Shown here: positions 1-9,712 of the stretch, in pieces
How positions within the stretch are numbered: position 1 is the first letter of the stretch
How the letters are laid out: the number at the start of each line of letters is the position of its first letter
Virus record (IMG/VR): IMGVR_UViG_3300043395_004688
DNA length: 64,000 nt
Strand: one strand, 5' to 3'
Source: a virus
Lineage: Duplodnaviria; Caudoviricetes
Position numbers and translations under genes: made by a program
The notes under the pieces: model-generated
The model's database searches: none
The model's input: only the letters and a program-made list of their open reading frames with translations
What the model was told of the DNA's origin: nothing

Positions 1-3000
1 AAAGAATTCACTGACCACATTGTAGTTGCTTAGTCCGTGCATTACATTTGACCATGCACCAGATGGGCTACTTACCCACAAGAATTCATAAGGACCTAGA
101 GAACCAATTTCCCATGGTTCTCTGGCTGCATCTGCGCTGGGTGCAGAGACTATTCCTCCGCTGACTGGATCTAACAAGTTTCCAGCGGAGTCTACAGGAA
201 AGATGCTTACCAATCTTCTAAGATTAGGTTCAATGGTAAGCTCTTCTCCGGGATTGCTGATTATTCCGTTACGCAATGCCCGTTCAAGTGCTGTGCGTTT
301 AGTAGCATCTGTCCAAGAGTAATGTAAATCCCACCACTGTGGCTTGATGCTGTAACCTAGTGATTCCCAGGGCGCCGAGTGAATGTTGTAAGTGCCAAAC
401 TTATCAATGTAAATTGCTCTCCAACTCTTACCATTGTAATTCCAAGTCCATGGATCTGTGAGCACAAAATCACTGCGATCTCTATAATCAAGACTGTTTA
501 CTTGATACCACTCAAGCTGACTTCTAATTTGTAATCTAGTCAGAGGATTACGGCTGTAGTTGTTGACCAGTAACTGTCTTTCTCTGTCTCCAGATACAAC
601 TGTGATACCATTGTAGATTCTCTTTTCAAGCTCTAGTATCAGCTTGTTCAGTATGTAATCTTCAGGTGCGCTGCTATCTGGCGGTTGATATGCCGTAATC
701 TTTGTTCCGTCATGTCGTTGAATGTACTTGCGGCTGTTAGAGCCCCAGGTTTCTTCAATAAACTTTGGCTCATAGACTGCAGACAACCCAAGTTTAGCCG
801 GGCTGGCTGGTATTCCTGTGTACAAATCAGCTTCGTTGGCATGATATATTACTAACTGGTCTCCGGCCACTGCAGGAGTGTTTAACACTATCAAATTGTT
901 AATTTTATCAAGAGAATAATCATTGATATATGTTAGCAATTGGCCATTTTGATACACATAAACATGATCAGCACTATAGTAGTCGGTGCTTAATGTACCG
1001 GGTAATTCAAACTCAGACTCTGTTGTAGTTACATCAACAGTACTAACATTCATACCTGAAGTGACCATTGCTACGCCTGTAATTGCATCCACAGAACTCT
1101 GAGTTGTGCCAACCAGCATTTCTTCTAAGATTCTATTAACAGTATTTTCTAAAGGCGCTGCTTCTAGATTGGTCATATTATGCAATTCTTCAAGCTTGTT
1201 TAAGAATTTTCTATGCCACTTCCAAACTGCCAATGATCTAGAAATTACCAGTTCTTCAATGCTTGGATTTAACTTAATTGTTGCCCAGGCTGCTCGCATA
1301 GAACTATGTTCAGCCATTTGTATACCATTTAAGGATTTAACAGCCAAACAGTCAATCCAAGATTGGTCTTTTCTCTTTGTGGCAGAAATTTCTGCCTGTA
1401 CTCTTTCAATGATTTTTGCAACGCTGAATTCATTGAGTATGGTGTATTGATCTGGATTTAGATCCATGCCGGGCACGGCGGTGATAACATCGTCGTCAAC
1501 GATGTTGCCTTGATGTACAATTTCTAAAGCGCCTTGACCATTTACTAATAAACTAACCGCAGTTACTGAATTGCCACTGACAGTACTTTCAAAAGAATAA
1601 TCAATGTCAAGACCATTGAGCTTGACTTTAGGATTTCTTGGATCCTGCGTTGAATCAATAACTCTGGCCACAAGAACTGTTGAATCCCAACTGATTGTCA
1701 GTAAGTCGCTGGCTTCGGTAGAAACTAAAAATGTTATTGCATCATCAACTACATTAACCGTGCTCTCTGTGACTCCATCATTGACAGTCACTGATGTAAC
1801 ATCAGAATCAATCAAGAACAGTTTAAATGTTGCAGGCTGTCCTCGTGCTACCACTGCACGATTGTCAACCACTGGCTGATAATTGTCCAAATGCACAAAG
1901 GTAGCAAGACCTTGATTTACAGTTATTCCCCAATGATAATTTGCCCACATAGACAAATCCAATGGGATACTTGTTTCTCCGTCAATGGATATCTTGCGAA
2001 CTGCTGCACTTTTTAGCCTAAACCATGCTTGTTTCCAACCGTTGCTAAGTTCAAAGTCCTTGTTGCCGCCGGCCCATCGTCTAAAAGAATATGGGCCCGG
2101 ATAGGTTTTTCTTACATTGGTTTTAAAGTAACTTGCCAAATTTTGCTGAGTAGTCTTGTACAAAATATTGTACATAGGATTCTTGGCAATATTTTCATTA
2201 CTCAATTCGCTAAAATTACTTGGTGAAAATTTTAACTTATAACCACTTTCTGAATCATAGGTGTCACCTTCAACTAATTCAACCAGTGTGCTGTTAACAA
2301 TATTAGGTAGTATACCAATGTTTTCTAATTCGCTGAGCTTGAGTCCGTCTCGACCGTACAGCTCAAATAATGGCTGTTGAGTTTTATTTTTTCGATAATT
2401 TGCCAGTACTGCTTGTCCGTCTTTCCAATAGTATTCAACAAAAGATAAACCAACAACACCAGAGCTGTTTTGAACCACAACAACATCGCCGTTGGTTGCT
2501 GTTTCAACAAAAAATTCACTTATTACACCATTTGAAGATCTAAAATTAATAATTTTATTTAGATAAGGACCATCAACGAGCCATAGCACTCGCGGAGCAG
2601 CATTTAACTTATATTCTTCTGTTCTAGATGTGGCCATTCGCAATTCAATGTTAGCGTCGCGAATTGATTTGTTAATGTAATGACCAGGGTCGCTGTTAAC
2701 TTTTTCAACGCTGTTTACCCATGGACGATAAGCAGTTCCCTGGGTCCACATTTCTAGTGTATTATCAAACTCAATAATTGGTCGTAGAGCGCGAGCCGAT
2801 GACAATGCAATGTCTTCAAAGGATAACCCTAGGTAATCGGCAAGTGTTTGAATTGTGTCTCGGTGATACCACACATTTACTCGACTGTGTGCATTACGAT
2901 TTTCAGCACCTACCTTTTGTAAAATGTAGTGCTTGTCGTTGATGCCCTGGATGTCTCCATCCCATTCAATTCTATCCCAAGGAATGGTTGTTTGATCCCA

Positions 3001-3972
3001 CTTGCTTTGAACTACTTTACTGTATACTGTAGCAGTGACCAAATGAGTGGTTCCAAGCAAGCGGATGCCTTGTTCAGTTCCTACTCCTTCAACTTGCCAA
3101 ATTCTCGGAGACTTGTATTCGTCCTTGGTAAGGTAATAATCGTCTAGAGCAATGTAAACTATATCCCCAGCAGCCGGTGGTGTAATCCAGTAAACTTCAT
3201 TGCCTAGAATACGATAGTCAACATTTTCAACTTTTAATTCACCATTGATACTAACACCAACATAATCTTTGTTGTATCCTGTTAACTCAAACCCAATGGC
3301 ATCAACGCTAGCACCTGTTGACACATACTGCTTGTATTCGTCGGCAGCAATGCTGGTCTGATAAGGATGCTGTTGAAAAATTAAACGCATGCCATTCTTT
3401 AGCTCTAGGCTACGCCCGTTTCTTTGCACTGGTAGTGTGTAGTAACGACTACCAATAATATCTCTTTTTATGTCGTAGTATTCAGGCTGAGAGCCACCAG
3501 TGACATTGATTGCAGGCATGCCTTCTTCCAGCCAGAAGTAGTCATACCAATTAATAAACTTGTCTGGATCAATTGGCAAGTCGCAAATTGCAATCGGAAC
3601 TGGATTTTCCTGCGTTCTGTCATTGAAGCCCCATTTGACTGCAATGTCATCTGCTGTTACTGTTTCTACACCAGTTTCTGTAAACAGGACTAGTCCAGAT
3701 TCTAGTTGGCGACGAGCCGTTGGATGTGGCAAGTTAACATTGTCAATGGTTTCGTTTGTTTTTCTTCCAATGGTAAAATTCAATGTTTCAAGGCTTGCTG
3801 GCTGAAACATATTTTCCACAAAAGCATCCAGAATCTTTTTATTGCCTTCAGTTTTAAAAACACCTGGCAATAAGTCGTAGACCTTAGGCAAAGTAGACTC
3901 AACCAGTGTTTGTCCTGGTGCTGTCTTAATCAATGGTTTTTCTGGATTTACTTTCTTAGGATTTTTGGCCAT
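1..3972 (-). CDS. Very large baseplate wedge protein, gp7-like position (3' end truncated by window edge)
   Basis: ATG at 3972, 11 nt after the gp6 stop. Translates MAKNPKKVNPEKPLIKTAPGQTLVESTLPKVYDLLPGVFKTEGNKKILDAFVENMFQP... and appears to stay open to position 1 (1324 codons). It is missing from the ORF track because no stop falls in the window. Follows gp6 as T4 gp7 does. Confidence 0.8.
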   Translation of the reverse strand, partial: MAKNPKKVNPEKPLIKTAPGQTLVESTLPKVYDLLPGVFKTEGNKKILDAFVENMFQPASLETLNFTIGRKTNETIDNVNLPHPTARRQLESGLVLFTETGVETVTADDIAVKWGFNDRTQENPVPIAICDLPIDPDKFINWYDYFWLEEGMPAINVTGGSQPEYYDIKRDIIGSRYYTLPVQRNGRSLELKNGMRLIFQQHPYQTSIAADEYKQYVSTGASVDAIGFELTGYNKDYVGVSINGELKVENVDYRILGNEVYWITPPAAGDIVYIALDDYYLTKDEYKSPRIWQVEGVGTEQGIRLLGTTHLVTATVYSKVVQSKWDQTTIPWDRIEWDGDIQGINDKHYILQKVGAENRNAHSRVNVWYHRDTIQTLADYLGLSFEDIALSSARALRPIIEFDNTLEMWTQGTAYRPWVNSVEKVNSDPGHYINKSIRDANIELRMATSRTEEYKLNAAPRVLWLVDGPYLNKIINFRSSNGVISEFFVETATNGDVVVVQNSSGVVGLSFVEYYWKDGQAVLANYRKNKTQQPLFELYGRDGLKLSELENIGILPNIVNSTLVELVEGDTYDSESGYKLKFSPSNFSELSNENIAKNPMYNILYKTTQQNLASYFKTNVRKTYPGPYSFRRWAGGNKDFELSNGWKQAWFRLKSAAVRKISIDGETSIPLDLSMWANYHWGITVNQGLATFVHLDNYQPVVDNRAVVARGQPATFKLFLIDSDVTSVTVNDGVTESTVNVVDDAITFLVSTEASDLLTISWDSTVLVARVIDSTQDPRNPKVKLNGLDIDYSFESTVSGNSVTAVSLLVNGQGALEIVHQGNIVDDDVITAVPGMDLNPDQYTILNEFSVAKIIERVQAEISATKRKDQSWIDCLAVKSLNGIQMAEHSSMRAAWATIKLNPSIEELVISRSLAVWKWHRKFLNKLEELHNMTNLEAAPLENTVNRILEEMLVGTTQSSVDAITGVAMVTSGMNVSTVDVTTTESEFELPGTLSTDYYSADHVYVYQNGQLLTYINDYSLDKINNLIVLNTPAVAGDQLVIYHANEADLYTGIPASPAKLGLSAVYEPKFIEETWGSNSRKYIQRHDGTKITAYQPPDSSAPEDYILNKLILELEKRIYNGITVVSGDRERQLLVNNYSRNPLTRLQIRSQLEWYQVNSLDYRDRSDFVLTDPWTWNYNGKSWRAIYIDKFGTYNIHSAPWESLGYSIKPQWWDLHYSWTDATKRTALERALRNGIISNPGEELTIEPNLRRLVSIFPVDSAGNLLDPVSGGIVSAPSADAAREPWEIGSLGPYEFLWVSSPSGAWSNVMHGLSNYNVVSEFF

Positions 3973-3983
3973 CTTCTAATACC

Positions 3984-6900
3984 TTAAATTGTTATCGTGG
4001 CGGCGCTGGTAATAATTTCAACATCGCTTACTGATGCACTACTGATAAAAATTTCATCATCGTCACAGCGAATCTGAAACATGTCGTTTGGAGTTAAGCC
4101 GGTCTGTCTAGGAATTAATGCAATACTGCTGATAATTCCGCCCAGTTTAGCATGTACCCAAGAAGCCATGTCTGTGAAATAAAATGTTTCCCCAAACTCC
4201 CAATTGTCAATGGAGAAATACTCATCTATGGCCTGGATTACTCTAGATCTAATTTCTGCGTCACTTATCTTGGTTCCGTCGCTTTTTGTAACTCGAATTT
4301 TAACTTGGTTACGCAAGTCACTACCAACACCAAAGATGATCTTAAAGTTAACAGGATGGAACACAATGGAATCACTGATGCTTTTTGCAGGAATCACAGA
4401 TGCCATTTGTTTCGACAAGGTAAATGAATCCGGAGGCAAAGGTCTTAGGCCTCTGCGACTTCCGCCGGCAATCCATCCTCTAAATTCTGCATTGAATTGA
4501 GATGTCAACACATACATGTCAATGATATTAGTTGTGGTTGGATTAATTCGTATGTCTCTTAGAGGAACATGATTGTATTGTATTTTCAATCCGGTTCTTC
4601 CTGGATATGGACCCAACTCTCCGGTGGTTCCAACTGCTGGCAATAGAGTATACTGTCCCGGTGCGTCAACAAGTTCAACACGATTCAAGGTTACGGTATT
4701 TCCACTAATCAGATTAGAAATTAATTCCGGATCATTTGGAATCAGTGTTTCTGCCAAGCCCGGAAGCCATACCAGTACTCGTTTGAAGTCATAGCGACTG
4801 TCATTTAACTTGTAATAGTCAACAATATCCAGCGTTAGTTCTTCATTGATGCCACTGTTCACTGTTAAAATTTTAAGTGTATCAGAAATACTACGACGAG
4901 TTCTTCGATCGAGACCTTTGCCAAATTTGGTATTGTAAAACGCCAACTGTCGCTCGCTGCCAAATGTTGTTTGATCTTTTCTTAGGTAAGAACTCCATGT
5001 TTCAGTAAGGGTGCTGTAAGTGAATCTCACTAACCAGCTTGAGTCTAAATTCTGATTGGTGTTGTTTCCTGCATTGGTCAGACTAAAACTGCTGGTCAAG
5101 TCAATGTTGTCCGCACGAATAATGCGCCAACGATCAAATATCTGATCGTATCTAAGAGCAAAATCTCTCAGAGCTGCAATTTCTTTGGCGATATCAACTC
5201 TTTCCGCTGCGGCAAACACAGTTCTAAGTGCAGGGAACCATGACAAAACACGCACCGGATCTGAGCTTTGAATTATTTTGTTTAAAAACACAGCGCCTTG
5301 ACCGTTTGCACGAAGTCCAGTGTTGACACCTAAGTTGTCTGTTAAGCCAAATCCTTCTCGATAAACATCACTAATTTTAGCCCAAACACCGTCAACGGTT
5401 TTAATCAATGTATTTTTGCGTAGATTTCTAAACTGGATATCAGGGTTACCTTTGCCAATTCTCAATGGTAAACCTTGACCATCATCTAATACAAAGTAAC
5501 CGTGGCTGATAGAATTTGATGTGTCAACTGTTTTCCAATACACCGTTTCGGAAGATATAATTGGTTGATAGTTCTTGTAATAAAACTGATGAAGTGATCG
5601 ATCAAGTAATTGATTTTCAATTACATTGGTTACCTCATCTTGACTCAGCCCAATATCAATTGCTGATTGCTCTACGACTTCGTCGGTGTAGATAAATCCG
5701 TCGTCAGCAAGAGATATTGCTGGTCTGTAAGTGCCAGTAGGATCTTGAAAATCACTGAACAAACTTTGTCCTGCATGAATTCTATTAATAGACTTAACCT
5801 TGGCAATGCCCCCAATCTTACCTTCAGGATATGTATTGTAATCGCTGCCGGTGATCATTCTTTCTTGACTTGCTGCGGTGCGACTTGCTTTGTTTTTGAT
5901 TTCTTCAATAGTTTCACCTGGAGAGTTTGAAACTATATCAGTCAATTGTAATGTTACTGTTAAGGTCTGCTTAACGCCCAGCGAGTCTAGATAATCAATA
6001 TAAATTTCTGTGTTATTCACATTGATTGGCACAAATGACACAGACTCACTTGCACTTTGCCTATACCAAACACGAATATTACCAGTGGGTATATCTGAGA
6101 ATACACCATCTCCAAATTTTATTGACACGGTGTCGTTTTCTCTTGTAATAACTTCAAAAAGTTTTCTAGTGTCTTTGTTAACATTGTTAAAAACAATGTT
6201 GTTACCCATGATGTTGGACACCTGTGTCCAGTTTTCTAAAATACGGCCGGTATTGTCAATGCTCTGCACCCAGACATCTGTATTGTTAATGCTGTCAGCT
6301 TCGATGTCAATTACACGATTTTCAATGCTTTCTGTAAGTACATAGTCGTCAAATCTTAGCCTTCCTTGCTTGAACATGAAAAACCAGCCGTTGCTTTGTG
6401 CCGAAAAGCCTGATCCATCATTGTTAAACAACAACGACAGATATCCGTAAGGATTAGGTACACTTTCAACTGCTAGCTGTGTTTCAATGTCAATGTTAAC
6501 CGGTACCAGCTCACAAGAATAGGAATTATTGTTTTTTCCTGTTAGGCCAATGGTTTCAACCATGGTTCTTGTTTCGAGCTGATCAATCTGGTACAGTTGT
6601 CTTGTTACGCCGTTGTCAACAATGCGACTGATTGGTCGCCCAATGGGGTTCAGCTTATTCAATGCTTGATTCATGATCAATGAAAACTGTTCGTTGAAAT
6701 CAGAGTTTAACGGATCGCCCCATACTATGGCTTGGCCGGCCAAGTTTGTGCCTCTGCTGTCTACAATATTTTGGGTAGTGCTAATAGAAGCAACTTTTAA
6801 AAATCCGCCAGCTGCAATATTTCTAGAAGGTTTGTAGCCAAGCTGACGAGCAATACTCAACACATTGCCGCGCACTTCAGCAGTTTCTAAGAAAGTTTCT

Positions 6901-7151
6901 CTTAGATTTAAATCACTGCGGAAAGCAATGTTTTGCCCCATGTAGGCCATAAGGTCAATCAGCGCAACATATTCGCTTGAGTTAATAAAATCGTTGAAAT
7001 CTTCGGGGTAGTTTACCTGTACATAATTTAATAATGCTGTTCGCAGGCTATCAAAATCATAGGCTTTGAAGTTTGCATTAGTCAAATAGCGATAGGTATT
7101 AACCCAATTTTCTGCGGCGTTTAGTTGCCCAAGTCGTCTAGACTGTGTCAT
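3984..7151 (-). CDS. gp6: Baseplate wedge subunit, T4 gp6-like
   Basis: N-terminal FKAYDFDSLRTALLNY...SEYVALIDLMAYMGQNIAFRSDLNLRETFLETAE, IKFGDG motif, and ITGSDYN motif; adjacent to gp25. Confidence 0.85.
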   Translation of the reverse strand: MTQSRRLGQLNAAENWVNTYRYLTNANFKAYDFDSLRTALLNYVQVNYPEDFNDFINSSEYVALIDLMAYMGQNIAFRSDLNLRETFLETAEVRGNVLSIARQLGYKPSRNIAAGGFLKVASISTTQNIVDSRGTNLAGQAIVWGDPLNSDFNEQFSLIMNQALNKLNPIGRPISRIVDNGVTRQLYQIDQLETRTMVETIGLTGKNNNSYSCELVPVNIDIETQLAVESVPNPYGYLSLLFNNDGSGFSAQSNGWFFMFKQGRLRFDDYVLTESIENRVIDIEADSINNTDVWVQSIDNTGRILENWTQVSNIMGNNIVFNNVNKDTRKLFEVITRENDTVSIKFGDGVFSDIPTGNIRVWYRQSASESVSFVPINVNNTEIYIDYLDSLGVKQTLTVTLQLTDIVSNSPGETIEEIKNKASRTAASQERMITGSDYNTYPEGKIGGIAKVKSINRIHAGQSLFSDFQDPTGTYRPAISLADDGFIYTDEVVEQSAIDIGLSQDEVTNVIENQLLDRSLHQFYYKNYQPIISSETVYWKTVDTSNSISHGYFVLDDGQGLPLRIGKGNPDIQFRNLRKNTLIKTVDGVWAKISDVYREGFGLTDNLGVNTGLRANGQGAVFLNKIIQSSDPVRVLSWFPALRTVFAAAERVDIAKEIAALRDFALRYDQIFDRWRIIRADNIDLTSSFSLTNAGNNTNQNLDSSWLVRFTYSTLTETWSSYLRKDQTTFGSERQLAFYNTKFGKGLDRRTRRSISDTLKILTVNSGINEELTLDIVDYYKLNDSRYDFKRVLVWLPGLAETLIPNDPELISNLISGNTVTLNRVELVDAPGQYTLLPAVGTTGELGPYPGRTGLKIQYNHVPLRDIRINPTTTNIIDMYVLTSQFNAEFRGWIAGGSRRGLRPLPPDSFTLSKQMASVIPAKSISDSIVFHPVNFKIIFGVGSDLRNQVKIRVTKSDGTKISDAEIRSRVIQAIDEYFSIDNWEFGETFYFTDMASWVHAKLGGIISSIALIPRQTGLTPNDMFQIRCDDDEIFISSASVSDVEIITSAATITI

Positions 7152-7525
7152 TCTGTTTCTGTTCCTTTATCGTAAACCAAAGGTAGTTGTACTTTTTCAT
7201 CAGCGGGCAAATACAAAACTTCAACCTTGACATTTAACGCATTTGGTTCTTCATCGATATCAACCGTTAGCAGTTGCCACCTTGGATCGTTTTTAATAAT
7301 ACTAACAACATCATCATTGATTTTTTTCTTAGTTTCTTCATCTAGTGGATCAAACAACAATTCCCAAATTATACTACCAAATGTAGGCATCATTACACGC
7401 TCGCCTTTGCGTGTACCAAAGTGGTTTAAGAGGTCTTGCTTGGCAAGATCTAAGTCGTAGCGAACTGGCGATAGAAAGCTGGTTCCTATCGAACTATATC
7501 CGCGAAATGAAGAAATCATTGGCAT
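7148..7525 (-). CDS. gp25: Baseplate wedge protein gp25 (GPW/gp25 family)
   Basis: LLNHFGTRKGERVMMPTFGSIIWELLFDP...IKNDPRW family motif; 125 aa. Confidence 0.92.
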   Translation of the reverse strand: MPMISSFRGYSSIGTSFLSPVRYDLDLAKQDLLNHFGTRKGERVMMPTFGSIIWELLFDPLDEETKKKINDDVVSIIKNDPRWQLLTVDIDEEPNALNVKVEVLYLPADEKVQLPLVYDKGTETE

Positions 7526-7561
7526 ACACCTATTTAGCAGGTTGTATTATGCTGGGTTTTA

Positions 7562-9709
7562 TTAAGCAGTACGAGTTGGCGCACCTGGCGGATAATTTCC
7601 ACCAATATGTGGTTCACCGTACTTGTCTTTGAGCTGTGTTAAAGTCAAGCTTGACCCTTGCGGCACTTGCCCAGTGTTTAAGTATGTGCTTCGTTCATAT
7701 TGCGCTCTATGGGTTGGAGTTGGTTGTCCATAGGTTGTGTTAACCCTGGTTCCTGTTTGTCCACCGTTACCAAATTGGCCGCGCCAACTATTGTTTTCTG
7801 GTAATGGAACACGACCCGAAGATATGTCCCTGTTACCAGCAGCCTGTCCTTCATTCATTAAGCGTTCGGGTGATTTGACCACAGTACTGGCATTTGGCTT
7901 ACCAGTCATTGCATAATTTGCATCGCTGTTTCTAGCATTACTGCTGTTGTTATAAGGTGAATTAGCCCAGATTTTTGCAATATCTTCATTGGAAGCTTTA
8001 CCGTCTGGATTTTTAGCTGCTGCATCACATAGATCAGCAGCCATCCTATCGGCGGCTGCAGGATTACTATAAGAAGCCATGATTAATGCATCAATTTGAC
8101 TCTGGGTCAAGCATACATTTTTACCGGCTTTGGCTCGTTCTAGTGCTCTCATGACTCGAGGAGTATTTTCTCTGTCAACAATTTGTCGACTGGCCAGTCT
8201 GGCTTCGGCTTCGCTGGGTCCAGCAGCCAACGCTTGCTTTAGATTTTCATCAATTTTCCCGCCACCACCAGGGCCAAAAATGTCCAAGCGACAACCATAA
8301 CCAATGCTGTATCCTTGGAAGTCGCTGTACATAATACCTCGATAAGCTTCACGGCTTTTTAAGATTGCAAATCCTTCATCGCTGAGTTTAGATTGGGTAG
8401 GCTCTGGAACGCAATCCACAGCATTGGTAGCTTCGGGCGGCGGCGTGTTGTCTTCATAGCTTGACGCAGCCGGCGTGATAGTATTTGCCGGCACTCCTGG
8501 GCTACCAGGTGGGACTGTAGGCTGTTCACCTTGTCGATAGCTGTGGCCACCATAGGGTTCGCGTTCTGGTACACGACCGGCAACACTCTTGCCAACTTCG
8601 CTGTTGCTGGTCAAAGAGTTAGTGGCTGGTATTTCAGCTCTTTCAGCTGGCGGACCATTGAGGTCAATACGCTGTGCTGTCAGCTTCATTTGGCTGTCAG
8701 CTAGAATATTCATGTTCTGCCCGGCTGTTAATTTCATTCCGGTAGTTCCAGTGGCATTGAATATTTCACAGGCTTCGAGATTCCAATTTTGACCTGCTAC
8801 AGCATTGACATTTTGACCTGCGTCAATGTTGAAATTGTTTGGTGTTCTAAAATTAATGTTACCTTCGGCATTAACTGAGAAATCGCCCTTGGCGTAAAAA
8901 TCAATATTGCCAGCCGCATCAAGTTGGAACCACGCGGTTCCGGCGGCATTGATAGCATAGATATAGCCGCCACCATTGTCTAAAATAAGAGTGTTGCCTG
9001 ATGCTGTTTGTAATCTGATTTGTCCACCTGGCCCACCATTGGGGCCATCGTCGAGTACGATACGATGTTGACCAGGCGACAATATTCCATAAGCATTACC
9101 AGGCCCTTCGCTGGTATTACGAAACGGGCCTGCATTGCTGTGACCACGAGAAAGATCTTTGTCTAGACCTTGCCTGATAAGGTTATCGCCTTGCGGATGC
9201 TTTGGTCTATTTTCAACTTGGGCATCGGTTGAATTATTACGATTGCGCTCACCCACTGGTAACACTTCACCTTGATGTGTTTGTCCGGAGGCCACAGCTG
9301 GTATGGCATGTGTGTGTCCATCAGATGGTAAACAACACCACCAAACTCCCATGTGAATATCGCCATTGATAAAGGCACATACTACCTGCACATTTAGGTC
9401 TGGGGGAACTCCCCAAAAGCCATAACTTTGTTTGGTTTGTCCATATTTGGTTGCATCTTTAGCAGGCGCTTCGTCTTTGCCAGGATCTGCTGCTCCTGCC
9501 AATGGTGGACAATAACGAACAATAAGCCAGCTTGATTCATCTGACTCATCGGCGCTGCTCATCTGAGGGATCCACACCCACAGCTTACCTAAGCCAGTTG
9601 GGTCAACATTGCGTTTTACCTTGCCAATAAAAATTCCATTGGTCTTAAAGGTGCCGCTTGCAGCCGGGTTATGGTGGCTTAATCGTTCACCATTTGAGGT
9701 AGCTCTCAT
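7562..9709 (-). CDS. gp5: Baseplate spike gp5-like: OB-fold, beta-helix repeats and C-terminal GH24-like lysozyme
   Basis: FIGKVKRNVDPTGLGKLWVWIP (gp5 OB-fold); NIDFYAKGDFSVNAEGNINF-type beta repeats; LSDEGFAILKSREAYRGIMYSDFQGYSIGYG and LTQSQIDALI (phage lysozyme-like). Confidence 0.8.
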   Translation of the reverse strand: MRATSNGERLSHHNPAASGTFKTNGIFIGKVKRNVDPTGLGKLWVWIPQMSSADESDESSWLIVRYCPPLAGAADPGKDEAPAKDATKYGQTKQSYGFWGVPPDLNVQVVCAFINGDIHMGVWWCCLPSDGHTHAIPAVASGQTHQGEVLPVGERNRNNSTDAQVENRPKHPQGDNLIRQGLDKDLSRGHSNAGPFRNTSEGPGNAYGILSPGQHRIVLDDGPNGGPGGQIRLQTASGNTLILDNGGGYIYAINAAGTAWFQLDAAGNIDFYAKGDFSVNAEGNINFRTPNNFNIDAGQNVNAVAGQNWNLEACEIFNATGTTGMKLTAGQNMNILADSQMKLTAQRIDLNGPPAERAEIPATNSLTSNSEVGKSVAGRVPEREPYGGHSYRQGEQPTVPPGSPGVPANTITPAASSYEDNTPPPEATNAVDCVPEPTQSKLSDEGFAILKSREAYRGIMYSDFQGYSIGYGCRLDIFGPGGGGKIDENLKQALAAGPSEAEARLASRQIVDRENTPRVMRALERAKAGKNVCLTQSQIDALIMASYSNPAAADRMAADLCDAAAKNPDGKASNEDIAKIWANSPYNNSSNARNSDANYAMTGKPNASTVVKSPERLMNEGQAAGNRDISSGRVPLPENNSWRGQFGNGGQTGTRVNTTYGQPTPTHRAQYERSTYLNTGQVPQGSSLTLTQLKDKYGEPHIGGNYPPGAPTRTA

Positions 9710-9712
9710 CTA

